Positions 39,486 through 47,071 are shown, counted from the stretch's first letter. The stretch is DNA of 64,000 bases from Clostridiales bacterium (GCA_021204175.1 JAJPZT010000075.1:35123-99122); one strand, 5' to 3'. Numbers and translations are program-made. Notes: generated by a model from the sequence alone, not told the origin.

Positions 39486-41219
39486 ATGAAGAAAGTAACA
39501 AGATTTTTTAGCCTCCTCCTCGCAATAGCAATGGTTTTGGCAATGAACTTCGGTACTTTCACCGTTCCGGCGGAGGAAACTACCTATACACTTACAATTA
39601 ACAAACCCACAACGGGACACACATATTCGGCATATCAGATCTTCACAGGTGTTTTGTCTACAGACGGCAAGACCCTCTCAAATATTGCTTGGGGCTCTGC
39701 TACGACAGCTAAATCTTCGGATATTATCACAGCTTTAAAAACTGAACTTGGCTTAGCAGATAACACTGATTACTCAGCAGCCGACATAGCTGCATTGCTT
39801 ACAACAGGCAATATTGAAGCAGTAGCTAAAATATTAGCAACTTATAACGAAGGCTATACATACTTAGGCTCTGCAACATCTTCAGCTGAATGTACAGAAG
39901 GCGGTGAAGGGAAAATCGTTACTATCAGCAAACTTCCCGCAGGTTACTATTTGGTTATAGATACCTTAACAGGTACAGTTGCAGACTATGACGTATATTC
40001 ATCATACATCATTGAAGTAGTGGGAGACGCAACAGCTACCACAAAGCAGGACACACCTGAAATTCAAAAGAAGGTTGACGATAAAGACGATTCTACAGGT
40101 ACTGAAGACAGCACAAGTTGGCAGGATTCAGCTGACTACGACATCGGCGACGCAGTTCCCTTCCAATATACTGTAAAATTGCCCAGTAATTATGCTGACT
40201 ATGACACATATAAGCTCATATTCCACGATGAACAGAGTGACGGCTTGACATTCAACAATGATGTGGCAATAACAGTTTACATCGACGGCGATACAGAAAA
40301 CACATCTCAAGAGAATATTGTTGAACTTTCAACTACTCAGTATAAGGTTAATACAGATCAGCAAAGTGACAGCTGTGATTTTGAGATTACAATCAGTGAC
40401 TTAAAATCTGTTTCAACTTCTATTACTGCAAGCAGTGTAATCGTTGTAACCTATACATCAACACTCAATGATCACGCAGCAGTGGGCTCAACAGGCAATG
40501 ACAACGAGGTTTACCTTGAATACTCAAACAATCCTAACGATTCTTCCAAAACAGGTAAAACTCCGAAGGATAAAGTAACGGTATTCACCTTTGATGTAGC
40601 TATACACAAGGTAGACAGCAGCGGTAATCCTCTGGGCGGCGCAGACTTCACACTTTATAAGTATGACGCCGAAAGCACAACTTGGGTAGAGGTTTCAACA
40701 GAAACTTCCACATCTGCAGACCCTTCAACCTCAAAAGCTGTTATAAAGACAGTGGAAGATGAATCTTATACTACAGTAGTGGTTGAGAACAGTACCGAAG
40801 TTACAACTACAGTAACCGTAGAAAAGAGCAAATTCACCTTCAGCGGTCTTGACGCAGGTCAGTATATGCTTAAGGAGACAACAACTCCCGACGGATATAA
40901 CACAGCCGCAGATACTTACTTCACAATCGTAGCTTCACACTCTACAACTGCATCTGATCCCGAACTTACAGAGCTTTATATAACAGACGCAGACGGTACG
41001 GTTTTATCGAATAAATATTCCGGAGAAGAAGGTGCTCAATCACCGACATTTACTGTTGATAATTCAGCCGGAATTTCGACTAACATCATAAACTACACAG
41101 GTGCTGAACTGCCTTCAACCGGCGGTATGGGTACAAAAATATTTTATACTTTGGGCGGAGTCCTTGTTTTAGGGGCAGGCGTTCTTCTGATTGTTAAGAG
41201 AAGAATGAGAAACGCTTGA
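39486..41219 (+). CDS. LPXTG-anchored backbone pilin paralogue 1 (isopeptide-forming fimbrial subunit family)
   Basis: Signal peptide MKKVTRFFSLLLAIAMVLAMNFG. E-box-like YMLKETTTPDGYN. A SpaA/Cna-B-like C-terminal domain. Sorting signal LPSTG (41109-41123) plus TM plus KRRMRNA. An AAAGGATGG SD precedes the start. Confidence 0.85.
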   Translation: MKKVTRFFSLLLAIAMVLAMNFGTFTVPAEETTYTLTINKPTTGHTYSAYQIFTGVLSTDGKTLSNIAWGSATTAKSSDIITALKTELGLADNTDYSAADIAALLTTGNIEAVAKILATYNEGYTYLGSATSSAECTEGGEGKIVTISKLPAGYYLVIDTLTGTVADYDVYSSYIIEVVGDATATTKQDTPEIQKKVDDKDDSTGTEDSTSWQDSADYDIGDAVPFQYTVKLPSNYADYDTYKLIFHDEQSDGLTFNNDVAITVYIDGDTENTSQENIVELSTTQYKVNTDQQSDSCDFEITISDLKSVSTSITASSVIVVTYTSTLNDHAAVGSTGNDNEVYLEYSNNPNDSSKTGKTPKDKVTVFTFDVAIHKVDSSGNPLGGADFTLYKYDAESTTWVEVSTETSTSADPSTSKAVIKTVEDESYTTVVVENSTEVTTTVTVEKSKFTFSGLDAGQYMLKETTTPDGYNTAADTYFTIVASHSTTASDPELTELYITDADGTVLSNKYSGEEGAQSPTFTVDNSAGISTNIINYTGAELPSTGGMGTKIFYTLGGVLVLGAGVLLIVKRRMRNA

Positions 41220-41257
41220 TTTCCCTCTGAATAGGGTTACGCTTTGAGAATAGGCTT

Positions 41258-41285
41258 CCCGCCTTTCGGGGCGGGGGCTTTTGAA
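41258..41285 (+). terminator. rho-independent terminator after pilin 1 (probably partial)
   Basis: CCCGCC-TTTCGG-GGCGGG followed by GGCTTTTG. Confidence 0.55.
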
Positions 41286-41467
41286 GAACCGCCGATATCT
41301 TACCGGCGGCTGTCCAAAGGTAAAAAATATTTTTGATAACTCCATATTATTCCTCTGTTAGCTGTCCTGTGGTATGTATAAGCCTTTCTGTAAGTGTCAG
41401 TCTATGTCTTAAGGGACAAAGCCAAAACCAAAAATGTATTTTGACACGAAACTTAATTTTTTAAAGT

Positions 41468-41474
41468 GGGGGGG
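41468..41474 (+). repeat. G7 homopolymer in the pilin-2 leader
   Basis: Counted directly. It lies 76 nt upstream of ATG 41551. Confidence 0.8.
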
Positions 41475-41550
41475 TAATCGATACGTTAAGGAAACCGTTT
41501 AACGTTTATCGTCCTCCACAAAAAAATCCACAAAGAAAGGACAGAATAAT

Positions 41551-43266
41551 ATGAAAAAAATATCTAAAATATTAAGCCTCCTCCTCGCATTAACTATGGT
41601 TCTCTCTATGAACCTCGGCGTTTTAACCGCTCACGCAGATAGTTACACAATTAAAATTAATGAAAGTACTACAGACTATAAATATGAAGCTTATCAGATC
41701 TTTGACGGCGATTTATCCGGCAATACTCAGGGCAGCTATGTATTATCCAACATCGTTTGGGGTACTAATATAAGCAAAGACGGAACTCCTGAATATTCAA
41801 CTGTAATGACAGCTGTTAAGGAAATAACAATTGACAATTCCACATATCCGTTTGAAAACTGCACCTCTGCTGCAGATGTAGCTGATGTATTGAAAGATCT
41901 TTCGAAAGATGCAGCCCTTCTGCAGGAATTTGCTGATGTAATCTCTAAATATATAACAGGCAGCGGTGTTGCAAGTGAGTATAAAACAGACCACTATGAA
42001 ATTTCAATATCCGACCCCGGCTATTATCTTGTAAAGAATACATCTGCACCTGATGAAGACGGAGTTTACACAAGATTTATTCTTTTGGTTGTAGGTGATG
42101 TTGAGGCAACTCCTAAGTCTGCTGTACCTTCAGTAGAAAAGAAGGTTTATGAAGAATCCTATAACAGTGTAGCTCAAGAAATATCCGATTACGGTACTTA
42201 TTTCAATGATGTAGCTGACTATGACATCGGTGATTCGATTGACTTCAAATTTATAGGTACACTTCCCGATAACTTGAGTTCTTATTCAACTTATAAATAT
42301 GTATTCCACGATACAATGGACGCCGGTCTTACTTTTGACAGCGACAGTGTTGTGGTTACTATTGACGGCACAACTGTTCCGGCATCATATAGTGGAACTA
42401 CAAACTACACAGTTGTTTATGACGCTTCTAGTGCACAGACTGACGGCTGTACATTTGAAATAAGCTTTAGTGATATTTTAAGTCTTGTGGATTCTACAGG
42501 TGCAAAAATATCAGTATCAAGTACAAGCAAGGTTGTTGTTACATATAAAGCTACACTGAATGAAAATGCTAAAATAGGTCTTCCCGGCAACGTGAACGAA
42601 GTTTATCTTCAATATTCAAACAACCCCAATGAAGGCGGCAGCGGCGACACAGGTACAACACCTAAAGACAAGGTTATCGTTTTCACATATGAACTTGACG
42701 TAACAAAGGTTGACGGAACTGATAATACTAAAACTCTTGAAAACGCTGAATTTAAGCTTTATAAGGAAGTAAGCGGCGTTAAGTATTATGCTAAAGTTAC
42801 AAACGGCAAGGTAACAGGCTGGACAACAGACCCAGATGAAGCTGCTGTATTAACTTCTGGCACTGACGGTAAATTCAGCATAGCAGGTCTTGATGACGGC
42901 ACATACTTCCTGTTAGAGACAAAGGCTCCTACAGGGTATAATCTTCTTTCCGACCCTGTTGAACTTACTATAACGGCAAACACAGTTAATGGTCAGAGCT
43001 GGTCCGGAACCGCAACTGATGCTTTAGCCGCATGTGACTCTAATACAGACCCTGACTCAGCTTCATTAACAATTACAGTGGGTACAGCAAAAACCAGCGG
43101 AAATTCAACTGATGGTACAGTTGGTACAACTGTAGCGAATAACACAGGTGCTACACTTCCCGAAACAGGCGGTATGGGCACAAAGATCTTCTACACATTA
43201 GGCGGAATACTTGTTGTTTGCGCAGGCGTTCTCCTTATTGTTAAGAGAAGAATGAGAAACGCTTAA
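41551..43266 (+). CDS. LPXTG-anchored backbone pilin paralogue 2
   Basis: Signal peptide MKKISKILSLLLALTMVLSMNLG. E-box-like YFLLETKAPTGYN. Sorting signal LPETG (43156-43170). The C-terminal tail GGMGTKIFYTLGG..AGVLLIVKRRMRNA is shared with pilin 1. Confidence 0.85.
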   Translation: MKKISKILSLLLALTMVLSMNLGVLTAHADSYTIKINESTTDYKYEAYQIFDGDLSGNTQGSYVLSNIVWGTNISKDGTPEYSTVMTAVKEITIDNSTYPFENCTSAADVADVLKDLSKDAALLQEFADVISKYITGSGVASEYKTDHYEISISDPGYYLVKNTSAPDEDGVYTRFILLVVGDVEATPKSAVPSVEKKVYEESYNSVAQEISDYGTYFNDVADYDIGDSIDFKFIGTLPDNLSSYSTYKYVFHDTMDAGLTFDSDSVVVTIDGTTVPASYSGTTNYTVVYDASSAQTDGCTFEISFSDILSLVDSTGAKISVSSTSKVVVTYKATLNENAKIGLPGNVNEVYLQYSNNPNEGGSGDTGTTPKDKVIVFTYELDVTKVDGTDNTKTLENAEFKLYKEVSGVKYYAKVTNGKVTGWTTDPDEAAVLTSGTDGKFSIAGLDDGTYFLLETKAPTGYNLLSDPVELTITANTVNGQSWSGTATDALAACDSNTDPDSASLTITVGTAKTSGNSTDGTVGTTVANNTGATLPETGGMGTKIFYTLGGILVVCAGVLLIVKRRMRNA

Positions 43267-43300
43267 AATTAGTTAGCTTTAAAAAAACCGAATAAAGATA

Positions 43301-43333
43301 CCTCCGCCGCCTTCCCACGGCGGAGGACTTTTG
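43301..43333 (+). terminator. rho-independent terminator after pilin 2
   Basis: CCTCCGCCG-CCTTCCCA-CGGCGGAGG followed by ACTTTTG. Confidence 0.7.
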
Positions 43334-43363
43334 CAGAAGTACTCTCTTTCGGCACACGACAAA

Positions 43364-43420
43364 GCTTCCCCTTTTAAGGGGAAGTACCTGCCGATAGGCA
43401 GGGGATAGGGTGCTTTCCAT
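43364..43420 (+). repeat. intergenic structured repeat, family B, short copy
   Basis: GCTTCCCCTTTTAAGGGGAAGT, a short hairpin CCTGCC-GATA-GGCAGG, then GGATAGGGTGCTTTCCAT. Confidence 0.7.
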
Positions 43421-43440
43421 TTGCCAGCCCTTAAATAGCG

Positions 43441-43550
43441 TTCCAATGGAACATACCCTATCGTCAACCACTGTGCAATTCTTTTTCCAATAAAATCGTG
43501 CGGAAAAAAGAATTGCACAGCCGTTGACACTTCCCCTTAAAAGGGGAAGC
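43441..43550 (-). repeat. intergenic structured repeat, family B, long copy in inverted orientation
   Basis: The reverse complement reads GCTTCCCCTTTTAAGGGGAAGTGTCAA, then a long hairpin (CGGCTGTGCAATTCTTTTTTCC...GGAAAAAGAATTGCACAGTGG), then TTGACGATAGGGTATGTTCCATTGGAA. Confidence 0.7.
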
Positions 43551-43605
43551 TAAGTGCCTGCGGCAAAGTGAGTACCTGTGCAAAAGAATTATCGGGAGCA
43601 AACAT

Positions 43606-44463
43606 ATGAAAATTGACAAAGTGACAATATTTTTGTTTTTAATTTTACTGGGCGGAATGGGTCTGCTTTTATATCCCACTGTCAGCGACTATTGGAACTC
43701 ATTCCACCAGTCAAGAGCCATAGCCTCATATGTAGAGGCGGTTGAAAGCTTAAGCACAGAGGACTATGAAGCGATTATTCAGGCGGCAAGAGACTATAAC
43801 GCAAAGCTTTATAACAACCCCGGCAGGTGGCAAATGACGGAGGCAGAACTTGAGGAGTATAACAGTCTCCTTGACGTTTCAGGCTCAGGAATTATGGGCT
43901 ATATCGACATAGACAAAATCAATGTGGAGCTGCCTGTTTATCACACTGTAGACGACGCTGTTCTTCAGGTCGCCGTGGGGCATATGCCCGGCTCTTCACT
44001 GCCAATCGGCGGAACAAACACCCACGCCGTTTTGTCAGGTCACAGGGGTCTGCCTTCAGCAAGGCTTTTTACTGATTTGGATAAGCTGACAGAAAAGGAC
44101 ACATTTGTAATTACGTTTCTTGACGAAAAAATTACCTACGAGGTTGACCAAATTAATATCGTAGAGCCCACCGACGCTTCAAAGCTTGCTTTTGCCCCCG
44201 GGGAGGATATTGTTACACTTATAACCTGTACACCCTACGGCGTAAATTCTCACAGGCTTATGATTAGAGGTCACAGGGTGGAAAACGCAGAGGAAGAAAT
44301 TGTTTTGAATGTGTCGGCTGACGCAAATAAAATTGACCCGGTTATTGTTGCGCCTATGGTAGCAGTTCCCATACTGCTGCTGTTGTTTGCGGTTATGATG
44401 GTAAAAACAAGCAAAAAGGGAAATAAAAAGGAAAACAAGAAGGAAAATAATGATAAACAGTAA
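43606..44463 (+). CDS. class C (pilin-polymerising) sortase
   Basis: 285 aa with an N-terminal TM segment, the catalytic His block VLSGHRG, TLITCTPYG with the Cys, a conserved Arg (LMIRGHR), and the C-terminal TM typical of class C. Confidence 0.88.
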   Translation: MKIDKVTIFLFLILLGGMGLLLYPTVSDYWNSFHQSRAIASYVEAVESLSTEDYEAIIQAARDYNAKLYNNPGRWQMTEAELEEYNSLLDVSGSGIMGYIDIDKINVELPVYHTVDDAVLQVAVGHMPGSSLPIGGTNTHAVLSGHRGLPSARLFTDLDKLTEKDTFVITFLDEKITYEVDQINIVEPTDASKLAFAPGEDIVTLITCTPYGVNSHRLMIRGHRVENAEEEIVLNVSADANKIDPVIVAPMVAVPILLLLFAVMMVKTSKKGNKKENKKENNDKQ

Positions 44464-44482
44464 AAATTCAGGCGGTGTTTCT

Positions 44483-45694
44483 ATGAAAAAAAACTTTGTT
44501 TTAGGCTTAATTTGTGCAGTTTTAGGGGCTTTGGCTTTGTCTGTGACGGCGTTTGCCGACAACGACGGCTCCATATCGCTTGACTGCGATGTGGAGGGTA
44601 TTACCTATATGCTTTACGGCGTAGACGACTATTATGAGGTGGGGGACGAAACTTACGATAATGTATACTATGCTTATAAAATCGACCCTAATGGGTCCTC
44701 TGCCGATTTTACTGCGTCGGCTTATATTCTTCGAGATGACGTTCAGGCTTTATATACGGCGGTGACCGACAGCGAGGGCGAGGCTGTGTTTTCAGACCTC
44801 GACGACGGGGAGTATCTGCTTGTGGCTGAGGTTTACAGTGACGGCGCATTTGTTTATGTGGCTGTGCCGGCTGTAGTTACTGTTTACAGCGGTGAGGTTA
44901 CGAATGTCAGCGGTAAAATCGCAGTTACGTCCCTTACTGAGTCGGAGGACGTGGAGTCAATTTCCGCGCTGAAGGTTTGGAGCGGCGACTATGACGATGA
45001 AACGCTGGAGAAGGGGATAACAGTTCAGCTTTTGCGTGACGGCAAGATTTATGACGAACGGGAATTGAACAGCGACAACAACTGGCGCTGTACATGGAGT
45101 AACCTTGTGTCTTCTTATAACTGGCTCGTGGTGGAAAAAGAGGTTCCGGACGGGTATATGCTGAATATCGAACAGGACGGCACTGTTTTTATAATTACAA
45201 ACAGTACTCTTAAGGGAGACCCCGAGGGGGGTTCCGAAGGGGGAACGGAAGCCACAACAGAGGGAGAAGGCGAAGTCACAACGGATAAATCCTCCGGAGG
45301 TGAAGGGGAAACTACCACAGAAGCGGCTGCCGAAACTACAACAACTTCAAAAACCAACAGATCAGGAGGGGGAACTCCGAAGTCATTAAACCCCGAAACT
45401 GAAACGGAAACTGCCGCATCGGCAGAAAAGGGCGAAGGCTCTACATCGGAAAGCCCCACAAGCCCTACGGACAGCCCCGACGATGGTGAACAGGACACTA
45501 CTGCGGAAAGCAGTTCGGAAGAGCCGCCTGCGGAAACTACCTCGGCAGGGAATGACGAGCCACAGGGAAACGAACCCCCTGAAAGCAGCGAGAGCCTGCC
45601 CCAGACGGGTCAGCTTTGGTTCCCGGTTCCTATACTTTCATGCGTGGGAGCACTGTTTTTGATTATCGGAATAGGCAGAAGGAGAATGAGCTGA
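44483..45694 (+). CDS. Cna-B-domain LPXTG protein with a Pro/Glu/Thr-rich stalk, basal (anchor) pilin candidate
   Basis: Has a signal peptide and a prealbumin-like domain (TDSEGEAVFSDLDDGEYLLVAE). A Cna-B domain is present (ALKVWSGD...NWRCTWSNL...VVEKEVPDGY). A low-complexity P/E/T/S region follows, then LPQTG (45596-45610) plus TM plus RRRMS. The alternative start at 44450 overlaps the sortase stop. Confidence 0.72.
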   Translation: MKKNFVLGLICAVLGALALSVTAFADNDGSISLDCDVEGITYMLYGVDDYYEVGDETYDNVYYAYKIDPNGSSADFTASAYILRDDVQALYTAVTDSEGEAVFSDLDDGEYLLVAEVYSDGAFVYVAVPAVVTVYSGEVTNVSGKIAVTSLTESEDVESISALKVWSGDYDDETLEKGITVQLLRDGKIYDERELNSDNNWRCTWSNLVSSYNWLVVEKEVPDGYMLNIEQDGTVFIITNSTLKGDPEGGSEGGTEATTEGEGEVTTDKSSGGEGETTTEAAAETTTTSKTNRSGGGTPKSLNPETETETAASAEKGEGSTSESPTSPTDSPDDGEQDTTAESSSEEPPAETTSAGNDEPQGNEPPESSESLPQTGQLWFPVPILSCVGALFLIIGIGRRRMS

Positions 45695-46323
45695 TGAAGA
45701 AAAAAGGCAGTGTTTTTATTGCCCTTGGGATTGTGATGATTTTGGGGGCGTTTTTGCTGACGGGGTATAATGTTCTTGACAGCTTAAGGGCTGAAAGAGC
45801 GGCTGCGGCTGAAGCGGAGGCACTGAGAGCGAAGCTTGAGGAAGCGGCTGCTGAGGCGCTTGATAATTTTACTATTGACGAGAAGCCCCTTTATGTGCGT
45901 TATCCCGATATGAAGATGCCCGAGATTGAGATTGACGGGGTAAAATATGTGGGGATGCTGAGTGTGCCCGGGCTGGGGCTGGAGCTGCCTGTTAAGGGCG
46001 AGTTCAGTATGGCAGGGCTCAGGACTGCGCCTTGCCGTTATGCCGGGTCGGTTTATAAGGACAATATGATAATTTGCGGGCATAATTACAGCTCACATTT
46101 CGGCAGTTTGAAAAATATTAAGGTGGGGGACGGCGTGGAGTTTACCGACGGGGACGGAAATGTTTTTGATTATGTGGTTTCGGATATTGCCCAGCTTGAC
46201 GGGTCGGATGTTTCGGGAATGACGGAAAAACAGGAGGACGACAGCTGGGATATGACGCTTTTTACCTGTACGCTGAGCGGCAGCCAGAGAGTCACCGTCA
46301 GACTTTTGAGAATTGAACAATAA
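45694..46323 (+). CDS. second sortase (small, non-class-C; probable cell-wall anchoring sortase)
   Basis: Has an N-terminal TM segment, a His block (IICGHNY) and TLFTCT with the Cys. An ATGA overlap joins it to the preceding gene. Confidence 0.8.
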   Translation: MKKKGSVFIALGIVMILGAFLLTGYNVLDSLRAERAAAAEAEALRAKLEEAAAEALDNFTIDEKPLYVRYPDMKMPEIEIDGVKYVGMLSVPGLGLELPVKGEFSMAGLRTAPCRYAGSVYKDNMIICGHNYSSHFGSLKNIKVGDGVEFTDGDGNVFDYVVSDIAQLDGSDVSGMTEKQEDDSWDMTLFTCTLSGSQRVTVRLLRIEQ

Positions 46324-46429
46324 AAAAACGCGTACAGTACTGTTGACTTTTTTGAAAATGTGTGGTAATATAAAATCACAAAAGGGAATTGCTGTTTCAG
46401 CGATTAATGCCCCTTTAAATTACGTAGTT

Positions 46430-46473
46430 GAAAAACAACCGCCATAACTTTGCTAGGGTCAGGCGGTTGTTTT
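46430..46473 (+). terminator. bidirectional rho-independent terminator downstream of the pilus operon
   Basis: AAAAACAACCGCC-17 nt-GGCGGTTGTTTTT. Confidence 0.7.
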
Positions 46474-46603
46474 TATGATGTAAAGTGCTATGATTAACAA
46501 TGTTAAGAATAACAAGTCTTTACTATTCGCGTCACAGTTAGCTTCATTCGTTTGTTTCCGAACAAGTTCGAAAACAAAACTTATTTCGCAACTGCTCCTT
46601 ACT

Positions 46604-46702
46604 CGCTGAAAACCTTAGTTTTCAGCGAAAAAGGAAAACCCGCAAGCGATATCTTGCTTCGGTGTTTCATACCGAAGCAAATGAGCAAAGCGAGGTTTGA
46701 CG
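46604..46702 (+). repeat. intergenic structured repeat, family A, copy 3
   Basis: CGCTGAAAAC-CTTA-GTTTTCAGCG, TGCTTCGGT-GTTTCAT-ACCGAAGCA, and AATGAGCAAAGCGAGGTTTGACG. Confidence 0.75.
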
Positions 46703-47006
46703 TTGCACCCCCTTTCAAAATCGATTGGAAAAACAAACCTTCTTTCAATTTTGATTATGGGGCATTTAACCGCCGAATCGTGAGTAGACAACTCCCTTTT
46801 GCTTATAGATATTATAATGTAAAATGTGCGAAAATTCAAGAGCTTTTTGTAATAATTGAGAATATAATTTGACTGAAGAAAAGTTTTCAACGCTGTTATT
46901 GAAAGTTGTTCAATGGCATTTCTTGTCGGTTAAAAACACCTCTCAGCTTCACTGCGTTAAGCAGTTCCCCTCACAAGGAGAGCCTTTACTATTATTCATC
47001 CATCGC

Positions 47007-47046
47007 ACAAAAACAGCCCCCGAAAGCATGACTGCCTTCGGGGGCT
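47007..47046 (-). terminator. rho-independent terminator for the minus-strand Big_2/sORF unit
   Basis: AGCCCCCGAA-12 nt-TTCGGGGGCT. On the minus strand the hairpin is followed by GTTTTTGTG. Confidence 0.7.
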
Positions 47047-47071
47047 TTAATTATTTGGTTAAATATTTATA

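Noticed and set aside
30211-46323. Whether the pilus island is a mobile genomic island.
   Set aside because: The window contains no integrase, transposase, tRNA target or direct-repeat boundaries. Only the small structured repeats flank it, so mobility cannot be supported.
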